NCBI GenBank assembly: GCA_963805975.1
Contig: CAWDVR010000002.1
Location: 576,001 to 640,000 of the forward strand
Length of the DNA: 64,000 bases
Source of the DNA: an uncultured Acidobacteriota bacterium
GTDB taxonomy: Bacteria > Acidobacteriota > Thermoanaerobaculia > Multivoradales > SZUA-115
Direction of reading: 5' to 3'
Shown here one piece after another: positions 54,749 to 64,000 of the stretch; within the stretch, counting starts at the first letter, position 1, and every line of letters starts with the position of its first letter. Both the position numbers and the translations under genes were made by a program. Under the pieces are notes generated by a model. The model worked only from the letters and a program-made list of their open reading frames with translations, searched no databases and was not told where the DNA came from.

Positions 54749-55383
54749 GGCTTGCCTTCCTTGGAAGAAACCCTCGACGCGGGCGCTTCCTGCGCCGCCT
54801 CGAGGTTGCGCAGAGCGCGCACCAGGCGGCTCTCGACCGCCCCGATGGTGATGCCGAGCGCCGCGGCGATCTCACGATACGACAGGCCCTCGAAGCGGGC
54901 CAGGACGAGCACCGCCCGCTGGTTGGCCGGCAGCCGGTCGATCGCCCGCCGGGTCGAGCGCCAGCGACGCCGCGCCTCGAGCACGGCCACCGCGTCCGGC
55001 GCGCCGTCCTTCACCTCGGCTGCCGGGCCGGCATCCTCGCTTGGTGCGGCCAGACGCAGGAACTGCACCAGGCGCCGCCGGCGCATGCGGTTCAGGCAGT
55101 GGTTGACGGCGATGCGATAGAGCCAGGTGTAGACCTGGCCCCCGGGAGCCACCGAGCCCGCTTTGCGGTAGGCCTTGAGGAAGACCTCCTGTGCCGCGTC
55201 GCGGGCCTCCTCGACATCGCCGAGCAGGCGCTCGGCCAGACGCAGCAGGCGCTCCTGGTGGAGCTCGACGAAGCGGGTGAAGGCGTCGCCGTCACCCGCC
55301 GCGGTGCGGGCGAGGAGCGCCCAGCCGGGATCGTCGGCCGGTTCGGCGGCGGGGCTCCTCATCACGGTCGCGATCGCCCCCAC
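54745..55383 (-). CDS. ECF RNA polymerase sigma factor
   Basis: DAAQEVFLKAY, TWLYRIAVNHC, LSYREIA, GAVESRLVRA. Confidence 0.92.
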   Translation of the reverse strand: MGAIATVMRSPAAEPADDPGWALLARTAAGDGDAFTRFVELHQERLLRLAERLLGDVEEARDAAQEVFLKAYRKAGSVAPGGQVYTWLYRIAVNHCLNRMRRRRLVQFLRLAAPSEDAGPAAEVKDGAPDAVAVLEARRRWRSTRRAIDRLPANQRAVLVLARFEGLSYREIAAALGITIGAVESRLVRALRNLEAAQEAPASRVSSKEGKP

Positions 55384-55421
55384 GAGGGTTGAACCCGCGG
55401 TCGGCAGGAAACCTGCGGCAG

Positions 55422-55539
55422 CCCCTCACCCCGGCCCTCTCCCCGCTCACGCGGGGCGAGGGGGCCAGAACGGAATCCGCCTCGCTGCCTCTCTCTGGTC
55501 CCCTCTCCCCGCCTGCGGGGAGAGGGCTAGGGTGAGGGG
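55422..55539. repeat. Palindromic repeat family B doublet
   Basis: CCCCTCACCCCGGCCCTCTCCCC…GGGGAGAGGGCTAGGGTGAGGGG. Confidence 0.85.
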
Positions 55540-55540
55540 C

Positions 55541-58163
55541 TCACGCGCTCAGCTTGTCGAGCTCGGCGGCCAGTGCTTCCACCTTCGCGAAGCGGTTCTC
55601 GGGCCGCTTGGCCAGGCAGACGAGGATCATCTGCTCGAGCTCGCGCGGCATCTCGGGCCAGAAGCCGGAGGGCGCCGGCGGCTCTTCCTGCAGGTGCTGC
55701 ATCACCACCTGCATCGGGTTGTCGCCGGAGAACGGCAAGCGGCCGGTGAAGATCTCGTAGAGCACCACGCCGGTCGAGTAGATGTCGGCGCGGGCGTCGA
55801 CCTCGCGGCCCTCGAGCTGCTCCGGGGACATGAACTGCGGCGTGCCGACGATCCAGCCCTGCTGCGTGTGGCCCGCGGCCTGCCGCACCACCGGCCGCGC
55901 GATGCCGAAGTCCATCAGCTTGGCGTTGCCCGCCTGGTCGAGGATCAGGTTGTCGGGCTTGATGTCGCGGTGGATCACGCCCTGCGCGTGCGCCGCCCCG
56001 AGGCCGGCGCAGAGCTGCTTCGCCACCCGCAGGCCGGCCGAGAACGGCAGCCGGTCGGTCTGGTCGAGCATGTAGCGCAGCGTCACGCCGCGCACGTACT
56101 CCATGGAGATGAACTGCACCCCGTCGAGCTCGCCGAAATCGAAGGTGCGGAGCACGTTCGGGTGGGTGATCTTGCGCGCCAGGCGGAGCTCGTCCTTCAG
56201 GCGCTCGAGCTGCACCGGGTCCTGCCAGGCCTGCCGGCGCAGAACCTTGAGCGCCACCAGGTCGTCGAGCTCGCGGTCGCGCGCCTTGTAGACGATGCCC
56301 ATGCCGCCGGAGCCGAGCTGCGACAGGATCTCGAAGCGCGACGCCCAGGAGCTTGCCTGGGCCGAGCTCGGCGAGGAGCGCGCTGCGGGTCGTCACCCGG
56401 GTGGGCGCCGCGGCAGCCGCCGCGTCGACGCCGGTGAGGCGCGCCGCCTCCTCGCCCCGCACCACGAAGTAGGGCATCGGGTTGACCACGCCGCGCTGCG
56501 CGGCGGCGGTGATGCCGGCTGAAGAGAGCAGGGGGGCCAGCTCCTCGTGGACCTCGCGGGTGAGGAGCAGCTCGCCGGGTGTCGCCTCGCGCATCAGCGA
56601 CTCGACCTTCTGCACCGGCAGGCCGAGGAGCACCGGCGCCGGCAGCTCCTGGTGGGTGACGGTGCCGGTGGTGACCATGCCGCCGGCCAGCGCCACCAGC
56701 GGCTCGGCGGGCTCGTCGAAAGCGTCGTCGGGGGCGCCCACCGCGGCCATCACCTCCGCCGCCGCCGCCAGCGCGCGCCCCGCCTTGCCGTCGCCGTCGA
56801 AGGTGGCGACCAGGCGGTGGCCGAGCGGTGCCTGCAAGCGGCCGTGACGGGAGGAGATGGCGTTCTCGGCGCGCCGCAGGTCGCGGGCCAGGCGGCGCAG
56901 CGTCTGCTCCGGATCGGTCGATGCCTCCTTCCGGGCGTAGCGGCGCAGCTCGACGGCGAGCACGATCACGTCCCTGAGCTGCGGCGTTGCCGCCGGGGCC
57001 GCGGCGGCCCTGGCCGGCTCGGGCAGGGTACGCGACAGGTCGCCCAGGTAGCTCTCCATGTCGCGCTTCTCGCGCAGGTCGGAGAGCAGGTGGTTGAAAG
57101 CAGAGGCGAGCTGGCCCACCTCGTCGCTGCGCTCGACCTTCACGCGCTGGTTGTAGTCGCCCTGGCGGGCGGCCTCGGCGCTCGCCGCCAGGCGCCGCAC
57201 CGGGCCCAGCGTGCGCCGCGACAGGGCGTACGAGAGGAGCGAGGCGGCGATCAGGGCCAGCGCTCCGGCGGCGAGCAGCACCCACTGGATGCGCCGGAAG
57301 GGCTCCAGCGCCTGTTTCAAGGAGGCGAGAGCCACGGTGGCTCCCACCGGCTTACCGTCGGAGCCCTCGAGCGGGGTCAGCCGCGCCACCCAAGGCTCGC
57401 CCGAGAGCTGGACCTCGAGCTTGCTGCCATCGGTGCCGGCTTGCAGCGCCGCCTGGCCGCGGCCACTGCGCACCGCGGTCTCGAGATCCCGCTGGTCGTT
57501 GCTGCCCAGGGTGGCCGAGACCACGCGCGTGCCGTTCGAGGTGGTACGCGCCACGAAGGCCACTTCGGTGCCGCTCGCGGCAGCGAGGTCGCGGGCCACC
57601 AGCTCGTCGATCTTGAAGCCGGCCACGAAGCAGCCCTCGACGCCGGTGCCGCTCACGATCGGCACCGCGGTCACGTTGTAGAGCTGCTCGCCGTCCACCC
57701 ACAGACCGATCTCGGTCTGCTGGCGCTCCATGGCCCGCGCCACCAGGGGCCGGCGCGCCATCTCGTCTCCACCCCAGGCCCCGCGGGGGATGCTGGTATA
57801 GACCCGGCCATCGCGACCGAGCACCACCGCGAAGGTGAAGCCCAGGTCGTCCTGGCGGTCCTGGAGCTGGTCGTCGATCGAGTCGCGGTCGGCGTTGGCC
57901 AGGCCCTCGGCCACGTAGGCGGTGAGATAGGGCTCGCGGAAGGCCGCCGCCAGGCGTTCGAGCTGTGCCTTGTTCTGCTGTCGCAGGTTGCCCTGCGCCG
58001 CCGCGGCGCGGTCCAGGGCCTGGTCCACGGCACGGCGCGCGATGGTGCTCGACAGCGTGACGGTGAGCGCCACGGCGGTGCCGACCGCCGCCGCGACCAG
58101 CAGGGCCGTGATGAGGAAGATGCGGGTACCGAGCGAGAGGCCGAAGCGTCGCTTATCCGTCAT
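55541..58163 (-). CDS. Membrane Ser/Thr kinase: periplasmic domain, HAMP, degenerate nucleotide-cyclase-like domain, Hanks kinase; 1-nt frameshift at ~56342
   Basis: Two TMs and HAMP (DEVGQLASAFN) in ORF 55527..58163. Removing one base joins LGSRFEILSQLGSGGMG to VALK, HRDIKPDN, DFG, SPE in ORF 55541..56302. Confidence 0.82.
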
Positions 58164-58851
58164 AGCGGTCCCGGCGCTCCTTGCTGTAGGCCTGGCCGTG
58201 CTTGTTGGTGTGCTGCGGCACCCGCTCGCGAACCACCGTCAGGCGCGCCTCCGGCGGCGCCGCGCCCGGCTTGAGGTCGCTCTTCCACGGGTCGGTCTGC
58301 GGGTGCCACACATGGAGCGTGCCGCCGCCCTCGGGCAGGCCGCCGAGGAGGAAGCCGCCCTTGGCGTCGGCCTTGGTGGAGAACGCGGTGTCGAGCACCA
58401 GCACGTAGCCCACCATGGCGCGGTGCACGTTGCAGAACACCCGCACCACGCCCGGGCCGTTGAAGGTCCAGGACTTGCCCGGCCCCTTGGAGTACAGGCC
58501 GAGGTCGAAGCGGTTGGCGCCGGAGACCGAGAAGACGTTGTGCAGGATGGGGTCGAAGTTGGGAAACTTCACCGTCGAGCCGCGCGGTACCGCCAGCACC
58601 GTGGGAACGAACTCCTTGCCGCGGGTGACCATCTCGGCGGTGACCGGCGCCGGCCGCGCCACGGCCGCGGCGCGCGGCTCGAAGTAGGCGACCGCCTGGC
58701 GCGGGTCGGCGAGGCCGGCGGCGGCCTTGCCCGTTTTGTCGAGGAAGGCGATGCGGCCCGAGACCTGCGCCGCCCTACTGCTCTGCGCTGCCAGCCCGAC
58801 GAGGCAGAGGCCCGACAGGGCGATGCTCCACCGTCGCTGTGGCTTCCTCAT
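58153..58851 (-). CDS. Secreted cupredoxin-like protein (MauL-like)
   Basis: Signal peptide; FVP.VLAV..GS.V.FPN.D.ILHNVFS, FCNVH..M, VWHP; stop overlaps the kinase start. Confidence 0.78.
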   Translation of the reverse strand: MRKPQRRWSIALSGLCLVGLAAQSSRAAQVSGRIAFLDKTGKAAAGLADPRQAVAYFEPRAAAVARPAPVTAEMVTRGKEFVPTVLAVPRGSTVKFPNFDPILHNVFSVSGANRFDLGLYSKGPGKSWTFNGPGVVRVFCNVHRAMVGYVLVLDTAFSTKADAKGGFLLGGLPEGGGTLHVWHPQTDPWKSDLKPGAAPPEARLTVVRERVPQHTNKHGQAYSKERRDRYDG

Positions 58852-58933
58852 CCGGGATCCTCGGCTGCAGCCTGGAAAGAACGGCGCGATGCTAGCACGG
58901 AGGAATGGCCGACCCTGGCGCAGGGTGTGAGGG

Positions 58934-59039
58934 TGGATTCCCGCTTTCGCGGGAATGACGCGGTAGAGAGTTATCCCGGCGGCCGGCTGAGCAACCACGC
59001 GCCTCAGAATGGCGTCATTCCCGCGAAAGCGGGAATCTA
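58934..59039. repeat. Palindromic repeat family A doublet
   Basis: TGGATTCCCGCTTTCGCGGGAATGACGC … GCGTCATTCCCGCGAAAGCGGGAATCTA. Confidence 0.9.
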
Positions 59040-59067
59040 TCTCTCGCGCCCGCTAGAATCTCCCGCC

Positions 59068-60159
59068 GTGCCGACCGAGCCCACCGCTCTTCGCGAGCCC
59101 ACCGTCCTTCGCGAACATATCGCCCGCTTCCTGGCCGACCCCGCGGCCGACGACTTCGAGCGCCTGGCGCTCGCCGCCTTCGCTCTCCAGCTCGAGCGCG
59201 TGGCCCCCTACCGCGCCTGGTGCCGGCGCCGCGGCGTGACCGCCGAGAGCGTCGAAAGCTGGCGGCAGGTCCCCTGGGTGCCCACCGCGGCTTTCCGCAG
59301 CCTGGAGCTGGCGGTCGAGCCGGCCGTGGAGGTCTTCCGCAGCAGCGGCACCACCGCCGGCAACGAGGCGAGGAGCGTCCAGCACCAGCCCTACCCGGAC
59401 CTCTACCGGGCGGCGATCGACGCTTCGTTCCCGCAGTTCTGCCTGCCCTTCGCCGGCAGCCCGCCGATCCTCTCGCTGATTCCCTCGCGGGAGACCCTGC
59501 CGGATTCGAGCCTGTCGTTCATGGCCGCGCACGTCGTCGATCGCTTCGGCGCGCCGGGCAGCGTGACGGCCTTCGGCGCCCGCGGTGTGGATTTCATGGC
59601 GCTGCGCTCCTGGTGCTCGGCCCGCCAGCGCGACCGCCGGCCCGCCCTGGTGCTGGCGACGGCGCTCGCCCTGGCGCAGGCCCTCGAACGGCTGGCACGG
59701 CTGGAGCTGCGCTTCCGGCTGCCGGCGGGAACGGTGGTGTTCGAGACCGGCGGCTTCAAGGGCCGGGCGAGCGAGGTGACCCGCGAGGGCCTGCTGACGG
59801 GCCTCGGCGAGCGCCTGGGGGTGCCCGGCGAGCAGGTGGTCCGCGAGTACGGGATGACCGAGCTGACCAGCCAGTGCTACACGCGGGTGCTGGCAGGCGG
59901 CGACCCGGACCTCTTCGTGGCGCCGCACTGGGTGCGGGTGCGGGTGCTAGACCCCGTGACGCTGGAGGACGCCAGGCCCGGCGAAGCCGGCCTGATCGCG
60001 GTGCTCGACCTGGCGAACCTGGGCTCGGCGATCCACTTGCTGACCGAGGATCTGGGAGTCGCCGAGGGCGAGGGCTTCAGGCTGGTGGGCCGGGCGGACG
60101 GCGCACAGCTCCGAGGCTGCTCGTTGGCGGCGGAAGAGCTGGGCCGCCCCTCACCCTAG
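59068..60159 (+). CDS. LuxE-like acyl-protein synthetase
   Basis: FRSSGTT, ETGGFKG, EYGMTELTSQ, DLAN, TEDLG, C-terminal RGCS. Confidence 0.88.
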   Translation: MPTEPTALREPTVLREHIARFLADPAADDFERLALAAFALQLERVAPYRAWCRRRGVTAESVESWRQVPWVPTAAFRSLELAVEPAVEVFRSSGTTAGNEARSVQHQPYPDLYRAAIDASFPQFCLPFAGSPPILSLIPSRETLPDSSLSFMAAHVVDRFGAPGSVTAFGARGVDFMALRSWCSARQRDRRPALVLATALALAQALERLARLELRFRLPAGTVVFETGGFKGRASEVTREGLLTGLGERLGVPGEQVVREYGMTELTSQCYTRVLAGGDPDLFVAPHWVRVRVLDPVTLEDARPGEAGLIAVLDLANLGSAIHLLTEDLGVAEGEGFRLVGRADGAQLRGCSLAAEELGRPSP

Positions 60160-60575
60160 CCCTCTCCCGCCCGAGCGTCCTGGCTCCACAGCCCCAGCAG
60201 GTTCCCCTCCGGGTCGCGGAAGCTGGCGAACCGGCCGAAGGCTCCCACCGGGCGAGGCGAAGCGTGCATGATGCCGCCCGCGGTCTCGATCGAGCTCAGC
60301 ACGTCGTCGAGGCTCGAGCCGCTGATGTGAACCATCAGCAGCGGGTGGTCCGCACCCACAGCAGCGGGTTCCCCCAGGCCGCCGTGGATGGCTCCGGGAA
60401 CGTCCTTGGACGCAGGCGAGACGGGTGGCCCTGTGCGGATCGTGAAGTAGGTCGGGCCGTCCCAGGTGAGCGGCTTCACCTCCCAGCCGAAGACCTCGCG
60501 ATAGAAAACCGCCAGCCGCGCCGGGTCGCGGGCCGGGACCTCGAAGGCGCTGACGGTGGCGCGGAGGGCGGCCAT
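60156..60575 (-). CDS. VOC/glyoxalase-family protein
   Basis: FEVPARD…FYREVFGW…AGG…FRDPEGNLLGLW. Confidence 0.85.
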   Translation of the reverse strand: MAALRATVSAFEVPARDPARLAVFYREVFGWEVKPLTWDGPTYFTIRTGPPVSPASKDVPGAIHGGLGEPAAVGADHPLLMVHISGSSLDDVLSSIETAGGIMHASPRPVGAFGRFASFRDPEGNLLGLWSQDARAGEG

Positions 60576-60711
60576 ATTTCGGTTTCCAGCGATCTTGGAG
60601 CGGAGGTCCAGAGCCCTGGGAGGATCGCTGCGTTACCCGCAGGGGGCGTCGAGCACCGCACCAGGGTCTCTGGACCTCCGCTCGGACCGCACCCAGGATA
60701 CGGTATTGACG

Positions 60712-61989
60712 ATGCTTCAGGATCACGCCGTTCCATCTGGGTTCCGCCCGGTCGAGCACCGGACCGAGCGAGCCGGCGTTCGCTACCTGGCGGCGCAGTG
60801 GACGCCCGCCGAGTTGGCGAAGCTCGCCGAGCACTTGGCGAGCGAGGGTGGCCGGGCACTGGCCGGGCTCGGCCGCGAGCGGCTCGTGGCGGCGTGGGGG
60901 GAAACGATCGAGGCGCTGCTCGACCGGTCCTCGCCCGAGCGGCAGGAGCTTGCCGAGGCCATGGCTCCTCTCTGCCGGCTGTCGCGCGCGGGGCTCGAGG
61001 CCGGGCTCGATGCGGTGCTGGGGGGCGTGCGGAGCGGGCCCGTGCTCGCCTTGCGGCGGGAGGCCGAGGCGCTGGGCGCCGCCGCAGGCACCGCGCCACC
61101 GGCCCTGGTGGTGCTGGCCTCGAACCTGCCGGCGCTCGCCGTACAGCCGTTGCTGCCGGCGCTGCTCGTCGGCCGGCCGGTGATTCTCAAGTCCCCGAGC
61201 GCGGAGCCTCTGTTCGCTCCGTTCTTCGTTCGCGCGCTGGCCCGGCGCGAGCCGGCGCTCGCCGAGGGAGTCGCCGCCTTGACCTGGCCGGGCGGCGACC
61301 AGGCCCTGGAGGCGCCGCTCCTCGAGCGCGCCGGCGTGGTGCTGGCCTACGGCGGGGCCGAGAGCCTGGCGAGCCTCGAACGCCGCACGCGGGGCCGGTT
61401 CGTGGGTTTCGGCCCGCAGACCAGCCTGGCGGTGATCGGCACCGCGGTCGATCCGGCGCGCGTCGCCCCCGGCCTGGCGCGGGACGTGGCCCTCTTCGAC
61501 CAGCGGGGTTGCCTCTCCGTGGCCGCGGTCTACACCACGGGCGATGCGCCGTCTCTGGCTCGCGAGCTGGCCGCGGCGCTGGCCAACATCGCCCGGGAGC
61601 TGCCGCCAGGCCCCGCGGAGCTCGCGGCGCTCGCCGCCGTCCGCCAGGCGCGGGCCGAGGCCGAGATGCGAGGGCTGTGGGTGGCGGACCTGCCTATCGA
61701 AGCGGGAACGGTGATCCTGGAATCGAAGCCCGACTTCCGCCCCTCGCCCGGGCTGCGCACGGTCCGCGTTCACGGGCTCGGGGCCCTGGGCGAGCTGGCC
61801 GCGGCGCTCAGCGCCTGGACCGGCCGGCTACAGGGTGCGGGGTTGGCGGGAGAAGACGCCTGGAGCGTCCGGCCGAGGCTCGAAGAGCTCGGCGTCTCTC
61901 GCTTCGCCTCACCGGGAGACCTGCAGCGGCCGGATGCGACGTGGAGGAACCGCGGCCTGAGCCTGCCCGCGGTGCTCGCGCCGCCCTGA
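60712..61989 (+). CDS. LuxC-like acyl-CoA reductase
   Basis: LASNLP, ILKSPS, LAYGG, FGP..S, FDQRGCLS (catalytic Cys), Q.P..W. Start codon uncertain. Confidence 0.8.
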   Translation: MLQDHAVPSGFRPVEHRTERAGVRYLAAQWTPAELAKLAEHLASEGGRALAGLGRERLVAAWGETIEALLDRSSPERQELAEAMAPLCRLSRAGLEAGLDAVLGGVRSGPVLALRREAEALGAAAGTAPPALVVLASNLPALAVQPLLPALLVGRPVILKSPSAEPLFAPFFVRALARREPALAEGVAALTWPGGDQALEAPLLERAGVVLAYGGAESLASLERRTRGRFVGFGPQTSLAVIGTAVDPARVAPGLARDVALFDQRGCLSVAAVYTTGDAPSLARELAAALANIARELPPGPAELAALAAVRQARAEAEMRGLWVADLPIEAGTVILESKPDFRPSPGLRTVRVHGLGALGELAAALSAWTGRLQGAGLAGEDAWSVRPRLEELGVSRFASPGDLQRPDATWRNRGLSLPAVLAPP

Positions 61990-62015
61990 GCCCGCCTTGC
62001 CTGGGCCTAACCTCT

Positions 62016-62453
62016 TCAAGGCGTCAGGCAGGAGATCCGCTCCTCCAGACATTCGAGAAGGCGATCCTGATCGTCCGGCCCCGAGGCCGGCCGACAGCGC
62101 GGGCAGGGCTTCGGATTGTCGTCGGGCTCCAGTTCGCAGGGATCCTCCTCCTCGTCCTCGCAATCACCCCGGAACCGGCAGGCGGCGGACTCCAGCAGCC
62201 TGTCGACCGCTCGGTCGAGCTCGGACTCCCGCTCGACCTGCCGCAGAAGCGCCAGTGCCACCAAGGGATACTTCGCCTTGGCTTCCTTCCACTGGCGCAG
62301 GAACTCCTGGTTGTCTCGGCTTGCGGGCCGCGTCAGCGGCCCGGCCTTCGCAGCGACGGTCTTCTCGGCGCTCCCGGCGTCGCCTCCGGCCGCCGCCGGC
62401 CACGCGAGGACAGTCCCCAGAGCCACCGCCAATGCCCATCGAATCGCTCGCAT
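62016..62453 (-). CDS. Small secreted Cys-rich/acidic protein
   Basis: SD GAGGAGG; signal peptide MRAIRWALAVALGTVLAWPAAA; seven Cys in the C-terminal part. Confidence 0.65.
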   Translation of the reverse strand: MRAIRWALAVALGTVLAWPAAAGGDAGSAEKTVAAKAGPLTRPASRDNQEFLRQWKEAKAKYPLVALALLRQVERESELDRAVDRLLESAACRFRGDCEDEEEDPCELEPDDNPKPCPRCRPASGPDDQDRLLECLEERISCLTP

Positions 62454-62510
62454 AGCGTCCCTCCTCTCCGATCCGGTTGGAGAGAATGGGCGCGCACCGG
62501 CCGGGGTTCG

Positions 62511-63875
62511 TTACTTCTTGAAGCGCAGGGTCGCCAGAACCTCGTTGTTCTCCCGCTCTGCGCCGCTCGCCAGGATGAAGCTGTTGTCGGCGTACTCCAC
62601 GGTCAGGTCCACGCCGGGGACGATCCCCAGCCGGATGCCGTAGTCGAGCTTCTCCCATTCCCAGGTCACGCTCGGCGCCGGGAAGAAGGGGGAGGCCCGG
62701 AACTCCGGGTCGAGCTTCGAGTAGCGGACGGACGGCTGGATGGAGGGGAAGAGCTGCTGCCCGGCGAGGCCCCACACCACCGGCAGGTCGATGCGCCACG
62801 CGAGCTCGCCCTCGTAACCGGTGCGTACCAGCCCGGCGACCTCCTGGTCGACGTACTGGCCGAAGAAGGAGAAGCCGTCGAGATAGAGCCAGAGGTTGCC
62901 GCCGAACTCTGTCTTCTCGCGGCCGTCGAGCCCGACGAGCGGATGGAGGTCGAGCGGGCCGTTCAGCAGGTCGAGGTCCCCGCCGTAGAAGGTGCCGTTG
63001 AGCGCCACGGTGTCGGCCAGGTCGCGCTGGTAGCCGAAGGCCAGTAGATCGAAGCCGCGGCTGCCGTCGGCGTTCGAGAAGCGCAGGCCGAGACCGGCGC
63101 CCGCCTCCATCTCGCCGGAGGTGTCGAAGTCCTCGATCTCGGCGTCGTAGAGGATCAGGATGCCGGAGCCCAGGGGCGGATCCCCCTGGAGGCCGGGGGT
63201 GAAGGTGCGGATGGTGCCGTTGTCGCCGGCGAGAGCGTTGGGGTCACGGAAGAAGACCGGGTTGCCGGTGGTGTACGAGCCCCGCAGGTAGAGATGGCGG
63301 CCGAGGTCGGCACCCAGCTCGACGCCGAAGTCCTCGAAGCGGTTGAAAGCCGTGGAGATCAGCCCGTAGCTCTCGAGGTGGCGGTCGTTCTGGCGCTCGA
63401 ACTTGGGCATCTTGCCCACCTTCACGTAGACGCCGGGGCGCTCCGGCACCACCGCCGGCTCCGAGGCGCGGCCGAAGCGGACCCATGCCTCGTCGACGTC
63501 GACGTTGTGATCCTCGGAGGTGGGGTTGCGGTCGTAGGTGTCGATGGTGTCGATCTTGAAGTGCGCGGCGAGCGACTCGCCCCACTCCACGTCGGCGTAG
63601 AGCGTCACGGTCGAGAGCTCGAGGTGGTCGCCCTCGTCCACCGTCTCGAGGAAGAACCGTGTTTCCGGCGGCAGGCCCAGCTCCGGTGCCGGGCGGAAAG
63701 CGAACCGGTTCTCGTCGCTCTGCCGGAAGTGCGCCTTGCCCTCGATGTGGAAACTGAAGGTCGGGCCGCTCGGCTCTTCCGCCACCGCGGGCGGAGGCGT
63801 CTCCTCCTGCTGAGCGAGAACGGGCTGGGCCAGAGCGAGAGTCAGCGAGACGGTCACCAGCAGGCGTGGTGGCAT
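62511..63875 (-). CDS. Putative outer-membrane beta-barrel protein
   Basis: Signal peptide; alternating amphipathic strands (DEAWVRFG, YVKVGK, YGIRLG); C-terminal LATLRF. Confidence 0.7.
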   Translation of the reverse strand: MPPRLLVTVSLTLALAQPVLAQQEETPPPAVAEEPSGPTFSFHIEGKAHFRQSDENRFAFRPAPELGLPPETRFFLETVDEGDHLELSTVTLYADVEWGESLAAHFKIDTIDTYDRNPTSEDHNVDVDEAWVRFGRASEPAVVPERPGVYVKVGKMPKFERQNDRHLESYGLISTAFNRFEDFGVELGADLGRHLYLRGSYTTGNPVFFRDPNALAGDNGTIRTFTPGLQGDPPLGSGILILYDAEIEDFDTSGEMEAGAGLGLRFSNADGSRGFDLLAFGYQRDLADTVALNGTFYGGDLDLLNGPLDLHPLVGLDGREKTEFGGNLWLYLDGFSFFGQYVDQEVAGLVRTGYEGELAWRIDLPVVWGLAGQQLFPSIQPSVRYSKLDPEFRASPFFPAPSVTWEWEKLDYGIRLGIVPGVDLTVEYADNSFILASGAERENNEVLATLRFKK

Positions 63876-64000
63876 GAAGTTCCTCCGCACAAAATGGCTC
63901 GACCGCCAGCAGAGGCGGCCGAGCTCGAAACCACAGAAGAAGTCTTGGATACTACGGAGCGAAGTCTAGTGTAGATGTTACTTCGAGCCCTCGATCACGG

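Noticed and set aside
59068-61989. Bioluminescence operon
   Set aside because: No luxA, luxB or luxD in the window.

Overview
This is a very GC-rich bacterial chromosomal window. Its gene content (ADOP permease, paralogous TPR proteins, secreted proteins sharing a duplicated 'CL.GRF.V...GYF.FFN..NVE..K.L.G' domain) suggests an Acidobacteriota, probably Thermoanaerobaculia; that assignment is inference. Housekeeping and accessory genes include prfC-clpS-clpA, a sulfate ABC cluster with a CysA-USP fusion and a two-component system, two toxin-antitoxin pairs, an MBL exonuclease plus ATP-dependent ligase, peptidases, an FHA-sigma54 activator, a nuclease-DinG helicase, an ECF operon with corA, a HAMP/Ser-Thr kinase, and luxE/luxC-like genes. 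The standout locus is 24.9-32.7 kb, a probable uncharacterised RiPP system. A 59-aa precursor with a lasso-type YxxPxI leader and a two-Cys core ending in Ser-Ser lies directly behind a ~1580-aa secreted C25 (gingipain-like) protein. It faces a translationally coupled operon encoding an S24/S26 peptidase, an HprK-like kinase, a PqqD/RRE and a radical SAM enzyme. Other notable signals: a promoter-to-terminator structured RNA at ~22.06-22.34 kb (minus strand) with up to ~18 nt of complementarity to the 16S 3' end and a 14-codon ORF; a candidate ECF-driven anti-SD sRNA at ~51.97-52.05 kb; a secreted-peptide/TPR gene pair; many probable leaderless promoters; and three palindromic repeat families. 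Several genes carry single-base frameshifts that look like sequencing or assembly errors. No rRNA, tRNA or CRISPR array was found.
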